Below, piece by piece: positions 35,199 through 44,017 of a stretch of DNA of 49,370 bases. The position numbers were made by a program, and so were the translations under genes. The notes under the pieces were generated by a model. The model saw only the letters and a list, made by a program, of their open reading frames with translations. It ran no database searches and had not been told where the DNA came from. The DNA is from Minisyncoccota bacterium (lineage in GTDB: Bacteria > Patescibacteriota > Minisyncoccia > UBA6257 > JAAZHW01), in assembly GCA_035402745.1 (NCBI GenBank), contig DAONDV010000002.1, forward strand, positions 1-49,370. The letters run 5' to 3'. The number at the start of each line of letters is the position of its first letter. Position 1 is the stretch's first letter.

Positions 35199-37163
35199 TC
35201 AAGAACTCAAATCAATCCCCTCAATATCGGGACAGTCAGGATCAACAAAGCCGATTAAATCCTCATCGGTTTCAATAATTTGAAAGAGATGTTGCGGAAT
35301 TTCACTTAAAAATCTTGATGGCGGATTCACTGTTGAACTTCCAAATAATCTACGCTTGAAAGCTAAAACCAAATATACTTCTTGTTTGGCGCGAGTCATT
35401 CCCACATAAGTTAATCTTCTTTCTTCTTCCAATTCTTCGGGAGAAAACTGCGATTGCGAATGAGGCAAAATCCCCTCTTCACAACCCACTATAAAAACAA
35501 TTTTGAACTCCAAACCCTTGGCGCTATGTAACGTCATCAACTGAACAACATTTTTGTCGCGTTTACGACTATCACCACCCTGAAAAAGCGCTACTTGTTC
35601 CAAAAACTTTTCCAAACCCCGATCTTTCATCTCATCAAAATCTTCAGCCAAACGTAAAAACTCTAGAACATTCTGCCAACGCTCCTTACCCTGCTTGCCA
35701 GTAGATTCCAGGTATTCTTTGTATTTTATTTTTTCCGCTATAGTGCGCAAAATCACAGAAACAGTTTGCACTCCAATCAATCCCTTTAATTCTTCCATAA
35801 TCCCAACGAAACCATTTGCTTCTGGCAAATTTTTCAAATTAGCCCAAACCGTTTTGGCATCATTGGAGTTGAAAACCCTTTCCATTTTTTTCTCGCCAAT
35901 ACCTCTAGCCGGAACATTTAAAATTCTTTCCAATCCAACCAAATCATCGGGATTAGCTAATATTCTCAAATAAGCAAGAAGATCTTTAACTTCCTTGCGT
36001 TCATAAAATTTAGTACCTCCAAAAATATCATAAGCAATGCCGCTCTTCAAAAAAGATTCTTCCAAAACTCGAGATTGAGCGTTGATGCGATATAATACGG
36101 CAAAATCCCTCAACTCATAACGCCTAGTACTCATCATCTTACTTATCATCCCAACAACGAAATCAGCCTCTGCCATTTCATCCCTAGTCTGTACCAAAAA
36201 GATAGGAGAACCCTCGGAATTATTAGTAATCAATACTTTTTCCTTACGCCATTTATTATTTTTAATAATTTCCTGCGCAGCGTTCAAAATACTCTTAGTC
36301 AAACGATAACTTTCTTTTAAAACAATAATTTTGGTATCCGGCCAATCCTTATCAAAATTTAAAAAATTTCTAAAATCTGCCTGACGCCAAGAGTAGATAG
36401 ATTGATCATCGTCTCCCACCACACATAAATTACGATATTTGCTCGCTAACATTTTAATCAAAGAATATTGACTAGTATTAGTATCCTGGTATTCATCAAC
36501 CATAATATAGCGCCAAAGATCCTGATATTTTTCTAAAACATCGGGATTATCTCTAAAAATTTCTACTGGCATTTTAATCAAATCGTCGAAATCGAAAGCA
36601 TTGCTTTTAATTAATTTTTCTTCATATAGCTTATAAACCTTAGCCACATTCTCCTGAAAAAAGTTCATTGCCTGTTTTTCATAAACTATACTATCAATTA
36701 ATTCACTTTTGGCGCGAGAAATTTCTTCACGCACCGCCCCGTAATTAAACTGCTCTTTAGGCAAACTCAACTCTTCTAAACATTTTTTAATCAAACTGCG
36801 AGAATCGTCTTCGTCAAAGATAGTGAAACTTCTGCTTCTTTTTGTCCTTTCCCAAAGATCGCGTAAGATCCTCACGCCCAAACGATGAAAAGTGCCAACA
36901 AAGGGCTTGTCGTATTCCAAGGTCTTCTTGCCTAAAATTTTAGCCACCCTCTCCTTCATTTCCTCTGCCGCTTTATTAGTGAAAGTGACAGCAATAATAT
37001 TATCGGCAGAAACACCCGTAGCTATCAAATAGGCCAGACGATGAGTAATGGTATTTGTTTTACCAGAACCGGCGCCGGCAATAATCAAAACCGGCCCCTC
37101 GGTCTGAATCGCGGCTTGCCTTTGATATTCATTAAGCTCATTTAAAATAGAATCTTTATCCAT
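35199..37163 (-). CDS. pcrA: ATP-dependent DNA helicase PcrA/UvrD (SF1)
   Basis: AGAGSGKT Walker A, DEYQDTN motif II, VGDDDQSIY, TLHSAKGLEF, YVGMTRA. Confidence 0.95.
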   Translation of the reverse strand: MDKDSILNELNEYQRQAAIQTEGPVLIIAGAGSGKTNTITHRLAYLIATGVSADNIIAVTFTNKAAEEMKERVAKILGKKTLEYDKPFVGTFHRLGVRILRDLWERTKRSRSFTIFDEDDSRSLIKKCLEELSLPKEQFNYGAVREEISRAKSELIDSIVYEKQAMNFFQENVAKVYKLYEEKLIKSNAFDFDDLIKMPVEIFRDNPDVLEKYQDLWRYIMVDEYQDTNTSQYSLIKMLASKYRNLCVVGDDDQSIYSWRQADFRNFLNFDKDWPDTKIIVLKESYRLTKSILNAAQEIIKNNKWRKEKVLITNNSEGSPIFLVQTRDEMAEADFVVGMISKMMSTRRYELRDFAVLYRINAQSRVLEESFLKSGIAYDIFGGTKFYERKEVKDLLAYLRILANPDDLVGLERILNVPARGIGEKKMERVFNSNDAKTVWANLKNLPEANGFVGIMEELKGLIGVQTVSVILRTIAEKIKYKEYLESTGKQGKERWQNVLEFLRLAEDFDEMKDRGLEKFLEQVALFQGGDSRKRDKNVVQLMTLHSAKGLEFKIVFIVGCEEGILPHSQSQFSPEELEEERRLTYVGMTRAKQEVYLVLAFKRRLFGSSTVNPPSRFLSEIPQHLFQIIETDEDLIGFVDPDCPDIEGIDLSS

Positions 37164-37330
37164 AGTTTACCTATTTTATCATATTTATTCGAGAAAGAAC
37201 AAAAAAAGAATAAAAAAACGCCATTAAGGCTTCGAGATTATCCCAAAACAAACCTAGAATCACTTATTCAAGGAGATTATGGGCAGATTTTTAAGACTTG
37301 ACACCTATGCCTTAATATGTCCACGAGATG

Positions 37331-37358
37331 TTGACACCAGGTTCCCATAGGGTAAAAT
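37331..37358 (+). promoter_or_regulatory. Sigma70-like promoter upstream of the LysM/M23 gene
   Basis: TTGACA-16 nt-TAAAAT. About 195 nt upstream of the GTG at 37560. Confidence 0.45.
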
Positions 37359-37515
37359 ATATATAATCTTTATTTTTATCGTTTTTCCAACGAAAATCGT
37401 GAGAAATTGAGAGAAAAATTAAAATTTTAACCTATTAGTACTCTTTTCGGACATTATTATTGGCTGGCTAAACACGGCCTCGAACGGTTAAGACAAAAAA
37501 ACCCATATTTTAAGC

Positions 37516-37547
37516 GGCTCTTCAACGGAGAGCCTCTTTGTGTTTTT
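37516..37547 (+). promoter_or_regulatory. Terminator-like hairpin in the leader (or N-terminal coding extension) of the M23 gene
   Basis: GGCTCT-TCAACGG-AGAGCC followed by TCTTTGTGTTTTT. Confidence 0.35.
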
Positions 37548-37559
37548 AGAGACCAAAGA

Positions 37560-38612
37560 GTGTTTTTTACTGCTATTTTTACCCTTTCTTTAACTATCGG
37601 CTTTATTCTATTGAATTTTACTTTAGAAAAGCCCTTAGCCAGTTTAGCCAACTACGATAGCGGAGTAATCGGTGGATTAGAAACAAAAAACGAAGGAATA
37701 GAATTTACCTCAGGAGAGTCAATTATCCCCCCTCAAACCCAAAATGACACTCAAAATTTAAAATCCGACGCCCCTCAAGAAAATACTATTGCAACCACCA
37801 AAAGCGATACTTCAGGTCAACCCGAAGACTTGTTGGGATTTTATATTTCCAGCCAAGACTCCCTCAATAATCAAAATTCCCCTCTTACCAGCATTCGCCA
37901 AGAAAGAAGCGGGGTTTTAATTTATACCGTGCAAAAAGGAGACACCCTTTCTACCGTTGCTGCCGATTTTGGAATAAACCGCAACTCCATCACTTGGGCC
38001 AATAATTTAAAAAGTAACTATTTAAAACCCGGGCAAGAAATTGTTATTTTACCGATTTCCGGAGTTAAGCATGAAATAAAAGTTGGCGACACTTTAGAAG
38101 CCATTGCCACATATTATTCCGCAGATCCACAAAAAATTACCGAGTTCAACAATCTAAAAAACAATACTCTTAAACCGGGTGAAACTTTAATTATTCCCGA
38201 TGGTAAAATACCACAACAAACTCCGCGCGCGTCATCCCAAACAAAAACAGCTACTCTCCCCTCATATCCGAATTATTATTCTATCCCCACGACTGGAATT
38301 AATTGGGGCATTTTGCATGGCAACAATGCCGTTGATATAGCTAATCGTTGCGGCACTACCATATCAGCCTCCGCTGAAGGCTTAGTAACAGACGTAAGCT
38401 TGGGTTGGGATTCTGGTTTCGGCAATAACATTAAAATTCAACATCCTAATGGTACCGAAACTTTATACGCGCACTTAAGTCAAATCGACGTGAAAGAAGG
38501 AGAATATGTTTCCAGTGGAGATGAAATCGGTCTAATGGGAGATACTGGATATTCCACTGGCTGCCACTTACACTTTGAAGTGCACGATGCTAGAAATCCT
38601 TTCGCTAAATAA
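37560..38612 (+). CDS. LysM-domain M23 family metallopeptidase (cell-wall hydrolase). GTG start is uncertain.
   Basis: TM helix, two LysM repeats (YTVQKGDTLSTVAADFGI.., HEIKVGDTLEAIATYY..), M23 motifs (HPNGTETLYAHLS, GYSTGCHLHFEV). Confidence 0.85.
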   Translation: MFFTAIFTLSLTIGFILLNFTLEKPLASLANYDSGVIGGLETKNEGIEFTSGESIIPPQTQNDTQNLKSDAPQENTIATTKSDTSGQPEDLLGFYISSQDSLNNQNSPLTSIRQERSGVLIYTVQKGDTLSTVAADFGINRNSITWANNLKSNYLKPGQEIVILPISGVKHEIKVGDTLEAIATYYSADPQKITEFNNLKNNTLKPGETLIIPDGKIPQQTPRASSQTKTATLPSYPNYYSIPTTGINWGILHGNNAVDIANRCGTTISASAEGLVTDVSLGWDSGFGNNIKIQHPNGTETLYAHLSQIDVKEGEYVSSGDEIGLMGDTGYSTGCHLHFEVHDARNPFAK

Positions 38613-38619
38613 TACCTAA

Positions 38620-38650
38620 AAAAACAGCCGCTTTAAGCGGCTGTTTTTCT
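38620..38650. terminator. Bidirectional terminator
   Basis: AAAAACAGCCGC-TTTAA-GCGGCTGTTTTT. Confidence 0.7.
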
Positions 38651-38673
38651 TTCCATAAAAAAGGAGTAAGAAA

Positions 38674-39498
38674 TTATTGCATCAAACTATCGGGATAAAC
38701 TTCAATTTTATTGAGATTAGATTGCTGTAAATTCGGGAAATAAGCCATCCAAGTATATTCAAACTGTTGAGTCGTATTGCCGGATAAATTATTTATCCCT
38801 GTTTTTACGGCATTTAACAACTCGCCAGTCTTAGAATAAACCAAAATTACCACATCCACTAAAGGAAAACTGTTTGTCATTTTATTATTAATTTTACCGG
38901 TTACCTTCAAATACCCGGGATTTTTTGCATCTTCCAAAAATTGCGCCTGCACATCATAAATGCTAAACAAATCCTTAGAGGTCTTCTCGGAAGCAAACCA
39001 TTCAAAACTATTTTGATCAAAAACTATTTCCATTCTAGAAAAATCTGTTTTTTTCATTTCAACTTTGGGAATAACTAAAAACTTGGCGCTAGAAGGATAA
39101 ATATAAGAATTATCACTGATAGTATTTTTAATCTGACCAAAAGAATCCAAAAAATTAATTTGGTAAGTAAATTTTACCCCATAACCGACATTGGAATTTC
39201 TAATTTTAGCCGAAATGGCAATAAAATCACTACCGACATCCAATGCCACGGGCTGGCTGACGATCTCCAAGCTTTTAGCATTCTTGATGGCGCAAGTCAC
39301 ACAGGAACCACCACAATCAACACCAGTTTCATTTCCATTTTGCTTCCCATCAAAACAAGTTGCATTAGGAAGATTAATAATAAAAACAAGCGCGATGATT
39401 AAGATCAGGCCAAAGATAGGAACAGTGGCAATAATTATTTTTTTTCTGCTTCTTTGTCCCTCTCTGAGAATATTATTTTGCTCTAAATTATTATCCAT
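38674..39498 (-). CDS. Membrane-anchored hypothetical protein with a four-Cys module after the TM
   Basis: TM (IIIATVPIFGLILIIALVFII) followed by CFDGKQNGNETGVDCGGSCVTC. Confidence 0.6.
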   Translation of the reverse strand: MDNNLEQNNILREGQRSRKKIIIATVPIFGLILIIALVFIINLPNATCFDGKQNGNETGVDCGGSCVTCAIKNAKSLEIVSQPVALDVGSDFIAISAKIRNSNVGYGVKFTYQINFLDSFGQIKNTISDNSYIYPSSAKFLVIPKVEMKKTDFSRMEIVFDQNSFEWFASEKTSKDLFSIYDVQAQFLEDAKNPGYLKVTGKINNKMTNSFPLVDVVILVYSKTGELLNAVKTGINNLSGNTTQQFEYTWMAYFPNLQQSNLNKIEVYPDSLMQ

Positions 39499-39578
39499 AA
39501 GTTTATTATATCACATTGTCACATCCTCACTCAACAATCAATAACCTATCCGCCGCATCTCATACAATCTTATTCTTC

Positions 39579-39607
39579 TTGACAGAATGGTCAATTTATT
39601 ATATATT
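39579..39607 (+). promoter_or_regulatory. Sigma70-like promoter for 39639..40139
   Basis: TTGACA-17 nt-TATATT. AGGAGG SD at 39628-39633. Confidence 0.5.
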
Positions 39608-39638
39608 AATAATAGTTCCAAAAATCTAGGAGGTTTTT

Positions 39639-40139
39639 ATGGAAAATATTGGGATCATCGCCTTTTCGTTCGGGTTAACCGAGGAGGAAGAGTACGGAAT
39701 CTATCCAAACAAATGCAACGAGATCATAGGAAAAATCGCTCGGAAGATCTATAGAAGAATCCAAAGAGCGGACAACATTCCGGTACTCATCCTGCAATGG
39801 GAAATCGCGTTGGATTATACTTTTCAAGAAGTAAAAATTCGACCCGACCTCATCATCAACAGAACGCAACCAAACGAACGGCACCTGAGCAGCGAGGAAA
39901 TAATCGCCCAAGCCATTCCTATTTTCAAAGAATTAGGAGTAACAAAGGTCATTTCCATCGCCCAATATCTGCAAAACTTCAAATGCAAAAAACTCCTCAA
40001 AAAGGCGGGGTTTGAAATTTTGCCGGTAAAAATCGAAAAGATTGGATTCTGCAAAGAATCACTGCAACGGTGGACACGCGGTCCTATTCGACTCGCATTG
40101 TACACCATCCAACAACTCATCTCTAGTCACTCCAACTGA
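39639..40139 (+). CDS. Hypothetical protein (166 aa), compositionally atypical. Weak YdcF/DUF218-like resemblance.
   Basis: Strong SD, own promoter and terminator. Three further long ORFs in other frames over the same span indicate stop-poor (GC-richer) sequence. Confidence 0.55.
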   Translation: MENIGIIAFSFGLTEEEEYGIYPNKCNEIIGKIARKIYRRIQRADNIPVLILQWEIALDYTFQEVKIRPDLIINRTQPNERHLSSEEIIAQAIPIFKELGVTKVISIAQYLQNFKCKKLLKKAGFEILPVKIEKIGFCKESLQRWTRGPIRLALYTIQQLISSHSN

Positions 40140-40147
40140 AGATGAGC

Positions 40148-40182
40148 ATGGCTCCGACATAATGTCGGAGCCATTTTATTTT
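40148..40182. terminator. Hairpin terminator after 39639..40139
   Basis: GGCTCCGAC-ATAAT-GTCGGAGCC followed by ATTTTATTTT. Confidence 0.65.
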
Positions 40183-40203
40183 ACTCAATAAACTTGAATA
40201 CAA

Positions 40204-41130
40204 TTAAATACTTAAAATTATTTTTTCAAAAGCCGTAATATAATCCATTTTTCCAGTCTTCACGCCCAAATCAATCTCAGCCAAATCATCGAACAATTCC
40301 ATTAATTGATCTTTTTTGAAGTTTCTCAATTTTGATTTTATTTTCTGAATTTTATAAGGATGACAGTCCAATTCTTTTTCTCTGCCCAAAACCAAATAAA
40401 CAGCCGTGCGGATTTGATCTATAAAAACATTAAAAAGCATCCCCTCGTCTATCCCCGAATTAATGGCTTCTTCAAAATTATAGAGGGCTTTCTTTTTATC
40501 TTGTGCGAAAAAGCTATCAAAAATTTGAAAAATATTAGGATGCGCTTCTAATACGGACATTTCCAAAACATCAGCCTTGGTAATTTTTTCATCCTGTTTA
40601 TAAGCTTCTATTTTTTTTAATTCATTGGCCAAACGCCACGTATCAGAACCGAAAGACTCAAAAAGTAAAGACAAAGCAGAATCTTCAATATTAAAATCTT
40701 TAAACTCTTTTTTAAGCCAAATTTTGGCTTCGGAAAAATTCTTGAATGTTTTATATTCCTGTTTTTGTTCCGCCTTCTTAATTACCCAATCCAACAACTT
40801 CTTTCCCTTTTCTTTAAGCTCATTCACATGCGCTTCGGAGATAAGAAGAAAGCTCTCTTGTGACTTTGTAATATCTGACTTTTTCAAAAACTCTTCCAAT
40901 TTTTCTACATTAGAACCGCTAAAAAAATTATCTACTACCGCCAACTTCTTAGAAGCAAACATGGAAGAAATTTCAAAAAACTTCTTTAACTCCTCAAATC
41001 CATCTTTATCTTTCAAATCAAACTTCCTAAGACCCAAAAAACCACCATGTTTCTTTTGAAAAACATCGATGTATTCTTTTGTTTTTTGACTAATACGATA
41101 ACCGTCGTTTCCGTAAATTAAAATTATCAT
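40204..41130 (-). CDS. holA: DNA polymerase III delta subunit-like protein
   Basis: N-terminal IILIYGNDGYRI is typical of HolA. Start moved to the ATG at 41130, which forms an ATGA overlap with the mutM stop. The track ORF extends 8 codons further. Confidence 0.6.
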   Translation of the reverse strand: MIILIYGNDGYRISQKTKEYIDVFQKKHGGFLGLRKFDLKDKDGFEELKKFFEISSMFASKKLAVVDNFFSGSNVEKLEEFLKKSDITKSQESFLLISEAHVNELKEKGKKLLDWVIKKAEQKQEYKTFKNFSEAKIWLKKEFKDFNIEDSALSLLFESFGSDTWRLANELKKIEAYKQDEKITKADVLEMSVLEAHPNIFQIFDSFFAQDKKKALYNFEEAINSGIDEGMLFNVFIDQIRTAVYLVLGREKELDCHPYKIQKIKSKLRNFKKDQLMELFDDLAEIDLGVKTGKMDYITAFEKIILSI

Positions 41131-42041
41131 GATAATTTCTGACACTTCGGGCAAAAGTGAGCCGATCTTCCTCCCATTTTAACTCTTTTTATTTCACTTT
41201 TACAACGAAAACATTTTTCTCCTTCCCTTCGATAAACCCTGCGTTTCTCGACATAATAACCTTTCTTTCCTTCCACATCGCGATAATCGCTAATAGAGGT
41301 GCCGCGCAACTTCACCGCCTGAGTTAATATCTTTTTAATCGCCAAAAATATCTTTTTTAACTCCTTTTTATCCAATGACTTAGCCGAACGAAATGGATGA
41401 ATCTGAGCTTCCCACAAAATATCGTCAGAATAAATATTACCAATACCGGCTATCACATAAGGATCCATTAAAATTTGTTTTATTTTCCCCGCTTTATTAC
41501 CAATAATTTTTTCAAATTTTTTAAAATCAAAATTTTTTTCTAATGGCTCCGGACCCAATTCTTTAATTTCTTTTAAATTTTCAATACTCTCTTTACTGGC
41601 AAAGATTACTTTGGCAAATTTTCTCATATCGGATAAAGCCAATTGCCAACCATTTTCAAAATATAAAATAAAATGAATAAAATCATTAACCCTATCTTGC
41701 ATCGCTCCACTCAATGAAGACTTCAACTTTCCATCCATCATACTCCACTTTCCATATAACAAATGCCCTGTCATTTTCTGATGAATTAATAACATCTTAT
41801 CGGCGCTAAAATAAATAAGAATATTTTTGGCTCGACGCTGAACATCAATAATTTTTAATCCCTTTATTTGTTTTGAAAATTCGCTCAACTTAGGCGCCTT
41901 AACAAATCTAGACTTGCCCTCCCAAATTTCTTCACAAGAAACTTGGAAGGGTGAATCAAACCAAGCCGATTCTATTTTTCGGCCAATAATTTTCTTTCTC
42001 AAATCCCTAACAATAGTCTCTACTTCTGGTAATTCTGGCAT
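41127..42041 (-). CDS. mutM: Formamidopyrimidine-DNA glycosylase
   Basis: MPELPEVE N-terminus (catalytic Pro2/Glu3), H2TH GIGNIY, C-terminal CFRC...CPKC zinc finger. Confidence 0.9.
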   Translation of the reverse strand: MPELPEVETIVRDLRKKIIGRKIESAWFDSPFQVSCEEIWEGKSRFVKAPKLSEFSKQIKGLKIIDVQRRAKNILIYFSADKMLLIHQKMTGHLLYGKWSMMDGKLKSSLSGAMQDRVNDFIHFILYFENGWQLALSDMRKFAKVIFASKESIENLKEIKELGPEPLEKNFDFKKFEKIIGNKAGKIKQILMDPYVIAGIGNIYSDDILWEAQIHPFRSAKSLDKKELKKIFLAIKKILTQAVKLRGTSISDYRDVEGKKGYYVEKRRVYRREGEKCFRCKSEIKRVKMGGRSAHFCPKCQKLS

Positions 42042-42116
42042 AAAATAAATTTAAAATAAAAAACACAAAACAGATAATAAAAATCTTGCTTTGTGCTTTT
42101 TATGTAATGACGTTAA

Positions 42117-42638
42117 CTATTCTCTGCAACAATCAAGAATTTTATTAACGATTTTTCCCAATTTATCAAAGATTGACGATTTTCCAGATTCATCAAATTT
42201 TATCTCTTCCTCTTCTTCACTGCTTTTTTTAACATCTTCCACGTCCAATAAGTTTAAATTCAAGCCCCAAAACATATTCCACAAATCAAAAGCATTATCA
42301 AACAATTCTTTGGCCTTTTCTTTGTCACCCTCTCCTAATTTCTTAGTGCCCACTTCCATAAAACGCATAGAGGCCGCCATAAGATGCTTAGAAGTGCACC
42401 AAATCTCACCTTCCGGCTGCTTCACTATTTCTGCTAAATATTTTTTTCTCATTTGCCTTGCCTCATTCAATAGATCCAAATAATGTTGCTTTTTGGTTTT
42501 TTCATAAGTATAGAACAAATGCTCTTCAATGGCGATTAAATTCATAACCGCTATACCCAAATCTTCCTTGGAAGAAAGATCAACTTTATCCGCTTCGGAA
42601 AAATTTTTTACTTTTTTTAATAATTCTTTAGAATCCAT
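42117..42638 (-). CDS. Hypothetical helical protein (173 aa) with acidic tail and C-terminal CC
   Basis: ORF only. No motif recognised. Confidence 0.5.
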   Translation of the reverse strand: MDSKELLKKVKNFSEADKVDLSSKEDLGIAVMNLIAIEEHLFYTYEKTKKQHYLDLLNEARQMRKKYLAEIVKQPEGEIWCTSKHLMAASMRFMEVGTKKLGEGDKEKAKELFDNAFDLWNMFWGLNLNLLDVEDVKKSSEEEEEIKFDESGKSSIFDKLGKIVNKILDCCRE

Positions 42639-42674
42639 ACTAATTTAATATTTTAATCTTGAGAAACCCCAAAA

Positions 42675-43130
42675 TTAACATAAACCGACTTGTAAAATAA
42701 AACTAGCAATTAATAAAAGCACTATAGGAATAATAACCTTTTGAAAAGGGAAAAGTCTTTTCTTCTCTGCTCCCCTACGAACAAGCCTTTCCAACCACAA
42801 AGCTATAGCTGCCACTATAATACCCAATCCGGCTCCAAAAACCAAACGATTTAATCCCAAAACTTTCTGGCATTCTGCATCTAATAGTCCTGCATAATGC
42901 ATGGGCACAAAGGTTAATAAATACCACAAAACAATAGAAACCAACAAAACCCAGAAGGGTTTTTTCTCTTTTTTTCTTAAAATCCAATTAAAAGTCCAAA
43001 TGGACAAAGCCAAAATCAAAGCTCCGATCCAAAGACCGGAAATAACATCATCAACTTTAAGCCAACGGGATAAACCCACGCCAGCAGCTAAACCGACTGT
43101 ACAAATAGGACACATAAAATTAATTTCCAA
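42675..43130 (-). CDS. Integral membrane protein with N-terminal CPIC motif (151 aa)
   Basis: 4 TM helices. MCPICTVGLAAGVG at the N-terminus. Confidence 0.5.
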   Translation of the reverse strand: MEINFMCPICTVGLAAGVGLSRWLKVDDVISGLWIGALILALSIWTFNWILRKKEKKPFWVLLVSIVLWYLLTFVPMHYAGLLDAECQKVLGLNRLVFGAGLGIIVAAIALWLERLVRRGAEKKRLFPFQKVIIPIVLLLIASFILQVGLC

Positions 43131-43215
43131 CGATAAAACTAAAAATACGACAACTCATCTTATACATTTTAAACAAAAAGCCATAAATAAGCAAACCGAA
43201 GAAAACACATCTCAT

Positions 43216-43244
43216 TTGACAAGAATATCTGAGCACTATATGAT
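43216..43244 (+). promoter_or_regulatory. Sigma70-like promoter for 43276..43473
   Basis: TTGACA-17 nt-TATGAT. Confidence 0.45.
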
Positions 43245-43275
43245 AAAAACAGCAAATAAATAAAGGGAGGGTGTT

Positions 43276-43473
43276 ATGAAATATCAAAACATTATAAAAC
43301 ATCTAACCATCATATTTGCCGTTATCTCCTTTTGGGTATCAATAGCATTCTTTTTTTCTAATGAATACTCAATTGTAATCATTTTCTTCATTTTTTTTAT
43401 CGTCCTTCGCATAGAATACGGAAAAATAAGAAAGAGTGAGGAACAAGAACAATCAGAGAATGAACACGAGTAA
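43276..43473 (+). CDS. Small two-TM membrane protein with acidic tail (65 aa)
   Basis: GGGAGGGTG SD, promoter upstream, terminator at 43480-43514. Confidence 0.5.
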   Translation: MKYQNIIKHLTIIFAVISFWVSIAFFFSNEYSIVIIFFIFFIVLRIEYGKIRKSEEQEQSENEHE

Positions 43474-43479
43474 AAACTA

Positions 43480-43514
43480 AGCGCCTAGGATCAAATCCTA
43501 GGCGCTATTTATTT
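43480..43514 (+). terminator. Intrinsic terminator
   Basis: AGCGCCTAGGA-TCAAA-TCCTAGGCGCT followed by ATTTATTT. Confidence 0.65.
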
Positions 43515-43570
43515 AAATAAAATCTGCCAAAAACCCACAAAAAGACGCATAAATACTGATATAAATATAC

Positions 43571-43600
43571 TTGACTTTGTATGTTAAAATATGGTATAAT
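43571..43600 (+). promoter_or_regulatory. Extended -10 sigma70 promoter for 43665..44012
   Basis: TTGACT-18 nt-TATAAT, with TGG immediately upstream of the -10. Confidence 0.5.
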
Positions 43601-43664
43601 AGTATTAAGTTGAAAACAGATGTCCGCTCTTTAACAATAAATAATCCAAAAAACAGGAGGAACG

Positions 43665-44012
43665 ATGAAAAAGAAGAAAGACGCGATGAAGGGCAGTGAT
43701 TCCTTTTTGGGAATCACTTCGGTTAACATGAAGGAGACTCCTATCGGCCTGGAAATTGTAGCGGAGTTCCGCTACAAGTGCGAAGATGACGACGTAGTAA
43801 CGTTCGTCATCGAGCTACCCAACCGAACGAAGATGGGCTACACTCACGTAGACTCCACTGACGGGAAGATTGCGGCGACCACGAGTAAAGCCGTGATTCT
43901 CCCCAAAGGAGAGACGAGAGAAGGAGGGAGATTCACCCTAAAGGCGCAATTGAGAGAAGATAAGGCGATAATCGCCTTTTCAATCCTCAACAACGAGATC
44001 GTCCACAGTTAA
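43665..44012 (+). CDS. Hypothetical protein (115 aa), compositionally atypical
   Basis: AGGAGG SD 4 nt from the ATG. G/C-ending codons (GAG, AAG, CTC, ATC, ACG) are much more frequent than in neighbouring genes. Confidence 0.55.
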   Translation: MKKKKDAMKGSDSFLGITSVNMKETPIGLEIVAEFRYKCEDDDVVTFVIELPNRTKMGYTHVDSTDGKIAATTSKAVILPKGETREGGRFTLKAQLREDKAIIAFSILNNEIVHS

Positions 44013-44017
44013 CAAAA

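Noticed and set aside
37279-37350. 23-codon mini-ORF (MGRFLRLDTYALICPRDVDTRFP) after AAGGAG in the pcrA / M23 intergenic region
   Set aside because: The SD-to-ATG spacing is only 3 nt, and the ORF overlaps the predicted promoter of the M23 gene. There is no supporting evidence.
37365-37559. c-di-AMP (ydaO-type) riboswitch upstream of the LysM/M23 hydrolase
   Set aside because: The gene context is suggestive, but the G-rich conserved cores I recall for that class (GGGGA / ACGGGG-type segments) are absent from this AT-rich leader.
37457-37651. 64-aa basic ORF on the minus strand overlapping the start of the M23 gene
   Set aside because: It has no SD, overlaps the TM-coding start of a recognisable gene, and is probably a chance ORF.
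41131-41154. 8-codon N-terminal extension of holA overlapping mutM by 28 nt
   Set aside because: An ATG at 41130 gives the canonical ATGA stop/start overlap and the typical HolA N-terminus (MIILIYGNDGY). The longer version is unnecessary.
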